Virus record (IMG/VR): IMGVR_UViG_3300050491_000011 | Source of the DNA: a virus | Lineage: Duplodnaviria; Caudoviricetes | Strand: one strand, 5' to 3' | Length of the DNA: 64,000 nt | In this document: positions 36,601 to 44,904 of the stretch, piece by piece | Layout of the letters: the number at the start of each line of letters is the position of its first letter | Numbering within the stretch: the stretch's first letter is position 1 | The notes under the pieces: generated by a model | Database searches by the model: none | What the model saw: only the letters and a program-made list of their open reading frames with translations | What the model was told of the DNA's origin: nothing | Position numbers and translations under genes: made by a program

Positions 36601-37956
36601 CGTAGCCGTCGTGCGATGGTTGCAAACACCCGTCTGTTTACTGATGAAGACATGGGCTTTATCTCGGAAGGTACGGTTGACTCCGGTGACGTGGCAATCA
36701 TCACCTATCTGTCTCCGAACTCCAACCTGACCTCTGTACGTGGTACGGTTCGGATGTACGATGCAGAACGAGACGGTGCTTCGGCATTGTTCTCCACCGC
36801 AGGCTTGCTCAGCTTCGGTGCGGACGGCGATGACCCTAAACGTCTGAACTTCATTCAAGTACAGCACGGTCACGGTATCATGACTGTGGGCTCGGAAGTT
36901 CAAGGCGCTCGTACCGGCATGGAGCGAGTAATCGCTGCCCGGATGAGTCCTGAGTTTGCTGTTACCGCGAAGCAAGATGGCGAGGTTACTGAGATCGCCG
37001 CTGATGCAATCACCGTTACCATGAAGGATGGTACTGTTGCTAAGTACCCACTCGGATTGGTTCACACGACTGCTGAAGGTTCTGTGTATCCGAACATCAT
37101 CGCTACGACCCTTAAGGTCGGTGAGAAGGTGAGCGAGTACGACGTCATTACCTACAACAAAGGCTTCTTCAAACCAAGCATGTTGGACAAGCGTCGTGTT
37201 GACTACATGAACGGTTGCATTGGCCGCATTGCACTTCGTGAAGCCACGTACACCGTAGAAGACAGTAGCTCCATCTCTGTTGATTTCGCCAAGCGTATGG
37301 GTACTTACGTCAGCAAGCTCAAGACGATTGTAGTCGACTTCCATGACGGCATTAGTGGGTTGGTTAAGGAAGGTGATAAGACTGACCTTGACACAATTCT
37401 ATGCACGATTGAAGGCGCGGTTTCGTCTGCTGCCGGGCTTTATGACGACGCTACGCGGGAGACACTCCGTAACTGGGCAGCGATGACGCCGAAGGCTAAG
37501 GCCGTGGGTGTGGTTGCCAAGGTCGAGGTCTTTTACAACGGTGAGATCGACTCGATGTCCGACAGCCTGATGTCTATCGTGGCTGATTCGGAGAAAGAGC
37601 GCAAACGCTCTGCCAAACGTCTGGGCAAGGAATATGTTCCTGCTCGCGTAGGACGCAACGTTCGTATCGACGGACACACGCTTGAAGACCGTCAGGCTAT
37701 CATCATGGTTTACATCACCACCCCGGTGGGAATGGGCATCGGCGATAAGCTGGTAATTGCCAACCAGATGAAGTCTACAGTCGGTGAGATCCTCATCGGT
37801 AGCAACCGGACTCTTGAGGGTGAGTTCATCGACGCGATCTTCGGTGCTAAGTCGGTAATTGACCGGATCGTAACAAGTCCGTTCGATATCGGAACGACCA
37901 ACACCGTCCTGCGCTTTATCGGCGAAGAAGCATACGCTGATTATTTTGGCGAGTAA
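33682..37956 (+). CDS. rpoB: Virion RNA polymerase beta subunit, N-terminal/main part (phiKZ gp178-like)
   Basis: 1424 aa with beta motifs RTGME, YTVEDSSSIS and GIGDKLVIANQMKSTVG. Confidence 0.92.
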   Translation: MSEMLNLDVYVRQFSLWRQSEINAPKLYPIAKLCLPKLSILHYANVDGVSVGPQASDQIFLTRQALLYIDHKSRYIDPIGNPVKTLSNVEGMITEYRRRNRAFRPMRKLERLENDKQSLVIYNYSMLAHIVKYSASFRASYFMWYNIYHEVILNMNHLAQVSNRQQFIEIDLPDVIPPLAALREYSNNLTAQTLAKFRTPEAKLLADLFMWAGPDRAKSLFGKLESDNLSKINLIVRRLNGWVVINLGWLDSFRSEKNLPEGLDPKEKKRREKGEEPKTFSLRFLKLLTTIHQGTTPIATETGDSVLEEPLVEVNPDDAKIDSQDFDLEDEMTALGDSNQLMDDDVELSKLEKELEELDKLKDLFATSEQVDEDGDLIEQKVINVDLMAQKAGVAKEGEAMLNKANELYGKGLLTQGEYRRLERLSTVYETLPNPYGGEGNFVDAMKITREDVLVDPQELTNDSVVTDKSLAFSRVDAVDQKYIKTVLKKDIMRAVSSMQKGAVAITSYVVDRKIDAVNDREMHIVKFAPAVGVPSTVKFELPTIREDGTFLYNGTEYRMRKQRSDLPIRKVGPNRVALSSYYSKIFVERSNRKKFDYGKWLLGQLTVKCLDPEDPHISNAVLSDATNFKADVPMVYSTIAGSIAAFTVDKLDLYFDYKHRIKKFNYTKEELSLEKGGYVLCGRSKMGPLVMAPNGMIYVHWKNELQDLGTVESLCGIEMSAESTPMYMAEMKIYSKTIPVGFALAYLLGIDELLKVLNVVPRRALVGERLNLQPDEYAIRFKNESLIFKRSDVMAGMLLSGFNLYHAVIRNYDIELFNDRDVYAAVLERSGVGSRYVRELDALNTLFIDPITEDLLEWMKEPTTFTGLLVRATEMLQTNMVRVRRDDKDRLVEGLERVRGYERVAGVVYETLSKAIRSYTTRSATGRASVVVNPNDTINALVQDPTTSPVNNINPIHSLREREVITFGGRGGRSRRAMVANTRLFTDEDMGFISEGTVDSGDVAIITYLSPNSNLTSVRGTVRMYDAERDGASALFSTAGLLSFGADGDDPKRLNFIQVQHGHGIMTVGSEVQGARTGMERVIAARMSPEFAVTAKQDGEVTEIAADAITVTMKDGTVAKYPLGLVHTTAEGSVYPNIIATTLKVGEKVSEYDVITYNKGFFKPSMLDKRRVDYMNGCIGRIALREATYTVEDSSSISVDFAKRMGTYVSKLKTIVVDFHDGISGLVKEGDKTDLDTILCTIEGAVSSAAGLYDDATRETLRNWAAMTPKAKAVGVVAKVEVFYNGEIDSMSDSLMSIVADSEKERKRSAKRLGKEYVPARVGRNVRIDGHTLEDRQAIIMVYITTPVGMGIGDKLVIANQMKSTVGEILIGSNRTLEGEFIDAIFGAKSVIDRIVTSPFDIGTTNTVLRFIGEEAYADYFGE

Positions 37957-37966
37957 ATAAAACACA

Positions 37967-37997
37967 CCACTCCCGGAAGACCGGGAGTGGCTGTATG
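37967..37997 (+). terminator. Hairpin-TATG element between co-directional genes
   Basis: ccactcccgg-aaga-ccgggagtgg, then ctgtatg; no U-tract. Confidence 0.65.
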
Positions 37998-38019
37998 TAT
38001 ATAGTCGAGGTATTTCCTG

Positions 38020-38211
38020 ATGTCTCCCAATGAAATTAAGAATTTGCCTATTCTGGCAACCGCTATCCAACTGATCGGCGACGTAGCCCTGAACGTTATC
38101 GGCAACGACGTTGCTGCTGAAGTTGATGGCATCAAAGTCACCCAGTCTTCGGTCAAGGTATTGGCTGTTGCTTCCCTGAACAAAGTACTGAGCGAGAAAT
38201 GCCATGCTTGA
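38020..38211 (+). CDS. Small hypothetical protein
   Basis: 63 aa with GAGGT RBS, overlapping the next start. Confidence 0.6.
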   Translation: MSPNEIKNLPILATAIQLIGDVALNVIGNDVAAEVDGIKVTQSSVKVLAVASLNKVLSEKCHA

Positions 38212-39595
38212 GCCTAGCGCTATTGCCGCAGCAATTCCTCTTTCCCAGATGTTGTCTGAAAAAGGCATCTCGCTGGATGCCCACGCTGACACCCCGCTTG
38301 CCTGCATCGTACGTGACGCTCCGCTGGTTGGCTTCAATCCAGGCGACGCTTCCTACGACGCTATCAGCGCTGCACTGTTGAACGCTAGCCGCGGTGAATC
38401 CCACGCTGCCATGCTGGCCGAGTGCATCGATCTGGTTACCGTATCGGTTCGCCGTACCCTGGACTTCAGCCGCAACACCGTGATCCCTCACGTCCGTCGC
38501 GTTCTGGAAGCATTCACTGCACGTCTGGAAGGCCTGGACATCGTTCCTTTGCCGTTCACGCTGAAGTTCAACTACCTGCCTGAGATCTACAAGCTGGCCG
38601 CCGGCTTGCAGTTCGTTGAGCGTTGGGAGAACAACCCAACTGCCAGCACTCCGGGCGCGTTGACTCTGGGTACTTACTCCCCAGCTGAAATCGAAAGCCT
38701 GGCACAGCTGACCGACGAAGGTGGCTTCAACGAATCCCTCAAGGAACTGTTGAGCGCTGATGACGGCCGTGGCCTGTCTGCAATCGCTGACGTACTGAGC
38801 GGCCGCGTTGGTATCGCCAACATGCCGGTAGAGTTCTCTCTGCCACTGGCTATTGTTCTGCGCAACATCGAAACGCCGAAAGAAGGCGTGCAGTCTTCGC
38901 TGACTGCGTACAACGATGCTCGCTCGGTTCTGTCCAACGTTGCTGCCAAGCGCGCTCTGGGTCTGATCGATCAACTGAACATCCAGCTCAAGAACAAGTC
39001 CCTGTATAAGGGTAACTTCGTTAAAGAGCTGGGCGTGATCGAACTGACAGGTGAGGTTTACAAGATCCTTCTGAACGAAGGTCTGACCTCTGAAGCCGTG
39101 ATCGGTAACGAACTGATCGGCCGTAAGTACATCGGCGGGCAGATGCTCAGCCCTGAAGTCATTGCTGAACTGACTGACGTCTATGCTCGCGATCACGCTG
39201 TGCGCAAGCAGGCTGTCAGCATCAGCAAGCACGAACACACCCGCAAGGCTCTGCAAGCTGTTCTGCGTGAAGACGTGAACGTGATCGCAGAGAAGGGCGA
39301 GTTCGTGATCGAAGGCGATACCGCTGATAAAGCGTGGGGTCGTCTGCGTGAGTTCATCGACGCTCTGTACGAACACAACGGTCTGCAATTCGAACCGGCT
39401 GGTGTTATCACTGCGGCAATCTGCGTGGTTTGGTACGCCCACACCGACTCGGCCCGCGTGATCGACATCATGTTCAAGATCGAGAAAGAGCAGCCTGGTC
39501 TGCCAGCGAAAGAAGTAGCCACCCTCGCCACCATTCAGTATCTGAGTGAGTGGGTCGGCAGCATGATGCTTCCATCGAAGGCTGAAGCTGCTTAA
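38204..39595 (+). CDS. Probable internal head/virion protein (phiKZ gp177 / SPN3US gp243 position)
   Basis: 463 aa with strong highly-expressed codon bias, between beta-N and beta'-C. Confidence 0.55.
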   Translation: MLEPSAIAAAIPLSQMLSEKGISLDAHADTPLACIVRDAPLVGFNPGDASYDAISAALLNASRGESHAAMLAECIDLVTVSVRRTLDFSRNTVIPHVRRVLEAFTARLEGLDIVPLPFTLKFNYLPEIYKLAAGLQFVERWENNPTASTPGALTLGTYSPAEIESLAQLTDEGGFNESLKELLSADDGRGLSAIADVLSGRVGIANMPVEFSLPLAIVLRNIETPKEGVQSSLTAYNDARSVLSNVAAKRALGLIDQLNIQLKNKSLYKGNFVKELGVIELTGEVYKILLNEGLTSEAVIGNELIGRKYIGGQMLSPEVIAELTDVYARDHAVRKQAVSISKHEHTRKALQAVLREDVNVIAEKGEFVIEGDTADKAWGRLREFIDALYEHNGLQFEPAGVITAAICVVWYAHTDSARVIDIMFKIEKEQPGLPAKEVATLATIQYLSEWVGSMMLPSKAEAA

Positions 39596-39614
39596 TCCTC
39601 AAGGGGCGTGACGT

Positions 39615-40337
39615 ATGCTTTCATCGGTATATAAACGCTCGAAGACCCGTGTGGATGCCTGCTTGAAAAAGGCGGGCACCACATTCATCGCGATGGAACC
39701 TTTGCGGATTCATATCCCTGAACGGTTTGCTGAACGTGGTCTGGCTGTGATCGAGGATGTCTCGTACATCCTCGGTTGTTTGGCCATCATCACCGAAGAC
39801 AACTATTACGCTCCATCCACTGTTACGGCTATGTTGAAGACAGAGCCTGACCGTGTGGGTCGTATCGTGATCGATGACGTCGGGTATATCGAGCTCAGCT
39901 ACAACAAGGGTTCAAAGATCATCGCGTCTACGGAACCGGTAGTGGTAGATAACTTACCTCACCGTATCTATACCGAGCTTCTTGGTAAAGGTCGTATTCC
40001 GTGGTATTACGATTACACCGACATTCCGTTCATCTTCCGTGAATCCCTTAAATACAATGGTGTGCGTTTAGGCGCGGACCTTGCTATTTGGGAATACATC
40101 GCAGCTCAACTGTGCCGTGACCCGGATAACCCAACCAGATACTGGCGGCAAGTTCCGAACGCCAAAGCTCTGCTGGCAACTAAGTCACCGTACTTTGTGG
40201 CTCTTCGTAACGTGAGTATTGGCTCAACCAACATGACGGCCCGTCTGGGCGGCTCTTATTTCGACCCAGGTATGACCAGTACGTTGGCGAATCCATCCGA
40301 TCGTAATGAACGGTTCGAGACGGTATTGCGTCGATAA
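39615..40337 (+). CDS. Virion RNA polymerase beta' C-terminal subunit (phiKZ gp176 / SPN3US gp244-like)
   Basis: GVRLGADLAIWEYIAAQLCRD...VALRNVSIGSTNMTARLGGSYFDPGMTSTLANPSDRNERFETVLR resembles beta' C-terminal GVKINDKHIEVIVRQMLR...[46 protein letters not shown]. It lies directly upstream of the protease. Confidence 0.72.
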   Translation: MLSSVYKRSKTRVDACLKKAGTTFIAMEPLRIHIPERFAERGLAVIEDVSYILGCLAIITEDNYYAPSTVTAMLKTEPDRVGRIVIDDVGYIELSYNKGSKIIASTEPVVVDNLPHRIYTELLGKGRIPWYYDYTDIPFIFRESLKYNGVRLGADLAIWEYIAAQLCRDPDNPTRYWRQVPNAKALLATKSPYFVALRNVSIGSTNMTARLGGSYFDPGMTSTLANPSDRNERFETVLRR

Positions 40338-40348
40338 GGAATAGAATC

Positions 40349-41155
40349 ATGGGCATGCCTTCCATTCAATTGCCGAACTCCAGTCAGGTCAGTTCCTACA
40401 GCAGCATCGCTTTGGCGAATAGCGGCAAGAAGGGCGTTCTGAAGGACGTAGGTAACGGCTACAAAGAAATCCTACTGGGTGCCTTCGGTGCATTCGGTAA
40501 CGGCGGCTGGCTTTATGACACCGCCTCTGCAATGCGTTATCTGGAGAACGACCAAGAGTTCCTGCGGATGATGCAGGCAGGTCGTATCCGTGGCGAGTGG
40601 GGTCACCCAGTTCGTCCACCGGGTATGAGCGACCAAGATTGGTTCGTTCGTATCTGTACGATCGTTGAAGCCAACATGTGCTGCCACATCCGCCGTGTGC
40701 GTCCTTCGTTGGACACCGTGGTTGATGAACGTGGTCGTAAGGTTATCGCCCTCATCGGCGAAGTGAAGCCGTCTGGTAAAGAGGCTAAGGCCTTTGGCGA
40801 CATGCTGGACAATCCGGATGAAGACGTAAACTTCTCCATCCGTTGCTTTGCGAAGAAGAACTTCGGCAACATGACCAAACACATGACCAAGATCATCACT
40901 TGGGACTTCGTGTTTGATCCGGGCATTGCCCTGACCACCAAGTACAACACTCCGAGTATGGAGTCGAAGAGCGTCACTCGACAGCTCGACGAGGCTGAGT
41001 TCAACCTCGAACGTCTGCGCAATGGTTTCGACCATACGCGTCAGAACAACTCCGAAGAGAGCTTCGAAAGCGTTGCTCCAGCGGTTGAGATCCTAGGTTC
41101 TCTCTATGAGAAGACCAAGTCTCAAATCTTCGTCCCTACCTCCCTCGGCTGGTAA
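40349..41155 (+). CDS. Prohead protease (phiKZ gp175 / T4 gp21-like)
   Basis: GEWGHP (catalytic His), NFSIRC (catalytic Ser) and ITWDFVFDPG. The C-terminal tail carries SME|S and SFE|S autocleavage-type sites. Confidence 0.9.
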   Translation: MGMPSIQLPNSSQVSSYSSIALANSGKKGVLKDVGNGYKEILLGAFGAFGNGGWLYDTASAMRYLENDQEFLRMMQAGRIRGEWGHPVRPPGMSDQDWFVRICTIVEANMCCHIRRVRPSLDTVVDERGRKVIALIGEVKPSGKEAKAFGDMLDNPDEDVNFSIRCFAKKNFGNMTKHMTKIITWDFVFDPGIALTTKYNTPSMESKSVTRQLDEAEFNLERLRNGFDHTRQNNSEESFESVAPAVEILGSLYEKTKSQIFVPTSLGW

Positions 41156-41182
41156 TTAGCCAACACAATTAGGACTGCATCC

Positions 41183-42547
41183 ATGAGCAAAGATCTCATG
41201 CTTCAATACGGCGTCGAATCCGGCGAAGTAGCACCAGAACCAGAAATGGCGAACATCACCGCTGAAGAAGCGCTGACCGACGTGTTGGTTGACGAAGCAG
41301 CCCAAGGCGGCGAAACTCTGTCCAGCCACATGGAACAGGTTGAAGAAACCAAGGACATCGCCGAACAGCTGGAAGAACTGGCTGATCGTACCGAAGCCCT
41401 GGCTGACGCTCAAGAAGAAAACCCGTCGGCTCCTGCCGTTCTCGATGTTGCTACCGAATCCGCTGCTCGCGAATTCCGTGCGATCATGCGCGCCAACAAG
41501 CTGCCGTTCACCGCGTCCAGCTTCGAAAGCAAAGCTACCGACAACCGCCTGCGTGACCTGGCCTCCGACGCTCGTCGTGTTCAGCGTATCGCCGAAGGTC
41601 ACCGTGCCAACCTGTTGGACCTGTCCAACGAAGGCGCCATCTCGCGTTTCCTGAACCGCGATGAAAGCAAGATCGCCAAAGGCATCAACGCCCTGGGCGC
41701 TGCCGAAGCTTCCCTGTCTGGTAGCCTGCAATCCCTGAAAGACCACCCGGTCATCATCACTCACGACGGCATCGCCGGGTTCCTGACCCAAGGTGATTCG
41801 CCAGTCCTGAACCTGAAACAGGGCGTCGAGAAAGATGCTGCTCACCTGGGTCACTGCCATGACGCAGTTACCAAGGCTCTGGCCACCATCGCTTCTCTGG
41901 CTAATGGCCTGAAGGCCAGCGGCGCTACCAAGGGCTCTTCCGTATCGAAGATCCTGAGCGGTAACTTCCTGGGTGACCTGAGCGGCTGCGCTACCAAGGG
42001 TCCTGCTCTGATGGGCAACTACGCTTTCATCGTTGATGGCGCTGCCGTACACGGCGTTCCTAAACTGAAGCGCGTTCGCAACACCGACAAGGCTGACGCC
42101 AAAGGTCGTGGCCGTCAGATCGCCATCGGTGCAGCCATCGGCTTCCTCGTTGGTACAGTCGTAGGCGCTGCGATCGGCGCTGCGATCGGCAACCAGGTTG
42201 GTAAACGTGATAACCGTGAAGGTAGCGGTGCTAAGTCGGCTGCTTCTGCTGCCGATCTGGTTAGCGCTATCAACACAGTGAAAGGCTTCAACAAGATCAC
42301 CGACTACAAAGTCGACACCGATGCTATCGACAAGGCGCTGAAAGATGCGCGTGCTTCCCTGGGCGAACTGTCTGCTGAAGACAAGACCGCTACCAAGAAA
42401 GCGGCCGACGCTCTGGAAGACGCTATCTCCCGTCTGGTGATCATCGCCGACTGCGCTTACGAGCAGGCGTTCTACGACATCACCACCATGGCAGCTGTTG
42501 TTACTGCCGTGGCCAAGCAGGCTGGTCAGCAAGCCGGCGACGAATAA
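41183..42547 (+). CDS. Internal head (ejection-type) protein with acidic propeptide, paralog A
   Basis: 454 aa with acidic N-terminus, ATE|S, SFE|S and SNE|G sites, a hydrophobic Gly-zipper near the C-terminus and strong codon bias. Confidence 0.7.
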   Translation: MSKDLMLQYGVESGEVAPEPEMANITAEEALTDVLVDEAAQGGETLSSHMEQVEETKDIAEQLEELADRTEALADAQEENPSAPAVLDVATESAAREFRAIMRANKLPFTASSFESKATDNRLRDLASDARRVQRIAEGHRANLLDLSNEGAISRFLNRDESKIAKGINALGAAEASLSGSLQSLKDHPVIITHDGIAGFLTQGDSPVLNLKQGVEKDAAHLGHCHDAVTKALATIASLANGLKASGATKGSSVSKILSGNFLGDLSGCATKGPALMGNYAFIVDGAAVHGVPKLKRVRNTDKADAKGRGRQIAIGAAIGFLVGTVVGAAIGAAIGNQVGKRDNREGSGAKSAASAADLVSAINTVKGFNKITDYKVDTDAIDKALKDARASLGELSAEDKTATKKAADALEDAISRLVIIADCAYEQAFYDITTMAAVVTAVAKQAGQQAGDE

Positions 42548-42557
42548 GGGGTAGATA

Positions 42558-43967
42558 ATGCGTGAATTCATGGAACTCATCTCGACTGAATCCAGCGTAG
42601 TTGCTGAGTCCAGTGATGGTCCTGAAGTCAGCGTATCTGGCATGTTGGTGGAAAGCACCGCCACGGAACCTAGCGTAACTGAGCACTTCGATACGATCGA
42701 AGAAACTCAGGATCTGTCTTCTCAGCTTGACGAGTTGGCAGATCACGCGGACGCCGTGGCGAAGGCTGAAGAAAACGGGGAGATCAGCTCTGAAGCTGCC
42801 TTCCTGTCCACCGAGTCGATGAACCGTGAGTTCCGCTCCATCATGCGTTCGGCTAAGCTACCTTACACTGCTTCGAGTTTCGAAGCTGCTGGTAGTGATG
42901 CTGAGCGTGCGGTGGGTCTTGCTCGCGATGCTCGTCGTGTCAGTAAGCTCGCGTTGGAACATGCAGATCACCTCAGGGACTACACCGAAGAAGGTGCGCT
43001 CCTGAGCTTCCTGCGTCGCGATGAAAGTAAGCTTAACAAAGCTCACGATAGTCTCGATCAAGTTTCCAAACGACTTCAGAAGAAGATCGCTCAGCTGTCC
43101 GAGAAGCCGGTGAAGATTCGTAACCAGGGCTTTGCCCGGTTCATGACTCGTAACAACCGTCAGGTCACCGACCTTGGCGCGGCTATCGGTTCTGAGTCGA
43201 AGTATCTGGCCAGCACTCACGATCAGATCGAATCAGCTATTAAGGCATTGGGCGTAATGTCCAACAACCTTCGTGGCCCTCAGGTTCTGTCTGCCTTGAA
43301 CGGCTTGGTCAACGCCCGTCCATTCGTGTCGGCGTCCAACTTGGGTACGGAAGAAGGTTACCTCATGGGTAACTGCACTATCGAATCCGATGAGACCGAT
43401 GGTCCTTTCCCTCACCTGCTTGTCCCTAAGTACACTCGTACTAGCGGCATCCGGGTTAAGGGTAAGTCCGTTGGTTGGGCGGCTCTCGGCGGTCTGTTCG
43501 GCGCGGTGAACGGTTGGGCTTGGTCTACCATCATCTGCCTTGGCGGTATGGCTGTAGGCGCTCCAGTCGTTGTAGGTCTCGCTTACGCAGCTCTGCCGGT
43601 AATGAAAGTAGGGTTTGGCGCTAAAGGTGCCTACGACTCGTTCCAGAAGTCCGAGGACGAAAGTAACAGTCGTTCTCAAGCATCCGCTCAAGACCTGAAA
43701 CGCGTCGTGGACATGGTGCTGGGCTACACTCGTTACACCAACTACACTGTGGATGCTGATCTGATCCGTGCAAACCTGAAGGCTGCTCGCAAGAACACCG
43801 ACGGAATGACGCCAGAACAGAAGAAGCAGTTGTCCGGTGTAATCAACGCTCTGGACACCAGTCTGGATCGGTTGGTTCGTTTGGCAAGCCAGACGTACGA
43901 GCAAGCGTACTACACGACTACCATGTCGGCTGCGTTGATCTCGGCTGCATGCAATCGTTCGATGTAA
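42558..43967 (+). CDS. Internal head (ejection-type) protein with acidic propeptide, paralog B
   Basis: 469 aa with repeated STE|S sites and SFE|A. The block REFRSIMRSAKLPYTASSFE...LARDARRV is clearly homologous to paralog A. Confidence 0.7.
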   Translation: MREFMELISTESSVVAESSDGPEVSVSGMLVESTATEPSVTEHFDTIEETQDLSSQLDELADHADAVAKAEENGEISSEAAFLSTESMNREFRSIMRSAKLPYTASSFEAAGSDAERAVGLARDARRVSKLALEHADHLRDYTEEGALLSFLRRDESKLNKAHDSLDQVSKRLQKKIAQLSEKPVKIRNQGFARFMTRNNRQVTDLGAAIGSESKYLASTHDQIESAIKALGVMSNNLRGPQVLSALNGLVNARPFVSASNLGTEEGYLMGNCTIESDETDGPFPHLLVPKYTRTSGIRVKGKSVGWAALGGLFGAVNGWAWSTIICLGGMAVGAPVVVGLAYAALPVMKVGFGAKGAYDSFQKSEDESNSRSQASAQDLKRVVDMVLGYTRYTNYTVDADLIRANLKAARKNTDGMTPEQKKQLSGVINALDTSLDRLVRLASQTYEQAYYTTTMSAALISAACNRSM

Positions 43968-43970
43968 ACA

Positions 43971-44018
43971 CATATCCCACCTACAGATGCCAAAACATCT
44001 GTAGGTGGGTTTATGCCG
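43971..44018 (+). terminator. CATA-hairpin-TATG element
   Basis: cata-t-cccacctacagatg-ccaaaa-catctgtaggtggg-tttatgccg (14-bp stem). Confidence 0.75.
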
Positions 44019-44032
44019 TTAAAATCGTAGTT

Positions 44033-44069
44033 AAAAATATTACAGTCACACATCACTCGAGTACAATAC
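44033..44069 (+). promoter_or_regulatory. Early promoter candidate, copy 1
   Basis: aaaaata-ttacag-tcac-acat-cactcgagtac-aata. Same spacing as the copies at 44564 and 58665; it contains TATTAC, like the phiKZ early consensus TATATTAC. Confidence 0.65.
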
Positions 44070-44118
44070 AACAACGATAGCCATTCCGGATATCGTTCTA
44101 TCGACCGTGGAGGTCACT

Positions 44119-44565
44119 ATGTCTAACGCAATCAAAACCCTGCAAGCTGCTTTCGACCGTATCGAAAACGTTGTTGAATACAACGAAGAGTTCAACAACG
44201 GTACTGGCTACTTCGATCACCTCGTAACTCACGAGACTGGTCTGGAAGTTGGTCAGCGTTTCAAGATGATCACCCCAATGCCAAACAACCGCAAGGTTAT
44301 CGGCGTGGTTACTCCTGTCGGTAACGCAGTGTTCTTCGAACGCTACACCGGCGGCGAGAACGGTATCGTTGCCCGTAACATCCCATCGTCCTTCAGCGGT
44401 ATCTTCATTGAAGGTAGTGTTTCCGAAGAGTTGCTCTCGATGGCAATCGGTTCTGCCGAAGGTTACAACCGCAACATCGGCCACATGCTGAAGGCTGTAG
44501 TTTGCAAAGCTGTTGGTAATGGTTTCATGGAAGCTAAGGCTGAGAAGCCAGCAGACTTGAACTAA
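44119..44565 (+). CDS. Early hypothetical protein
   Basis: 148 aa from ATG at 44119 after GGAGG, with an NNGTGYFD...GNAVFFERY motif and strong codon bias. Confidence 0.7.
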   Translation: MSNAIKTLQAAFDRIENVVEYNEEFNNGTGYFDHLVTHETGLEVGQRFKMITPMPNNRKVIGVVTPVGNAVFFERYTGGENGIVARNIPSSFSGIFIEGSVSEELLSMAIGSAEGYNRNIGHMLKAVVCKAVGNGFMEAKAEKPADLN

Positions 44566-44600
44566 AAGATTTATAGCTGCACATTGTAATTTCGTAATAC
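44564..44600 (+). promoter_or_regulatory. Early promoter candidate, copy 2
   Basis: aaaagat-ttatag-ctgc-acat-tgtaatttcgt-aata. Confidence 0.65.
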
Positions 44601-44640
44601 CCCAACCCTATCGAAACAATTTGTTATTTGGAGATACACC

Positions 44641-44898
44641 ATGTCTGCTGAAATGATCACCGCTGCTGCTGAAGTTGCAAAGAATGTTTCTTACCTGCAA
44701 CGCCTGAAAGATCTGGCTACCGCTCACCCGGTCGGCGCAGTTGTCGCTGGTACTGTCGTAGCCACTGTTGCAGTGGTCGGCGGTTACAAGCTCGCCACCA
44801 AGATGTTCGGCGAAAAGAAGAAAGAGCCACACGCTGACGTAACTGTCAACGTCGACGCTCGCCCTGCTGCGGATGCGACTGCCAAACCGGCGGCGTAA
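44641..44898 (+). CDS. Small early single-pass membrane protein
   Basis: 85 aa with GGAG RBS, a TM segment VGAVVAGTVVATVAVVGGY and a basic KKK stop-transfer stretch. Confidence 0.7.
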   Translation: MSAEMITAAAEVAKNVSYLQRLKDLATAHPVGAVVAGTVVATVAVVGGYKLATKMFGEKKKEPHADVTVNVDARPAADATAKPAA

Positions 44899-44904
44899 CC
44901 TCAG

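Noticed and set aside
34957-37344. 795-aa antisense ORF inside RNAP beta; similar ones at 2355-3599, 11123-12367, 23271-24185, 27072-28784, 38153-39442, 41156-42664, 52010-53317 and 53594-55066
   Set aside because: Same shadow-ORF effect of codon bias opposite well-supported genes.
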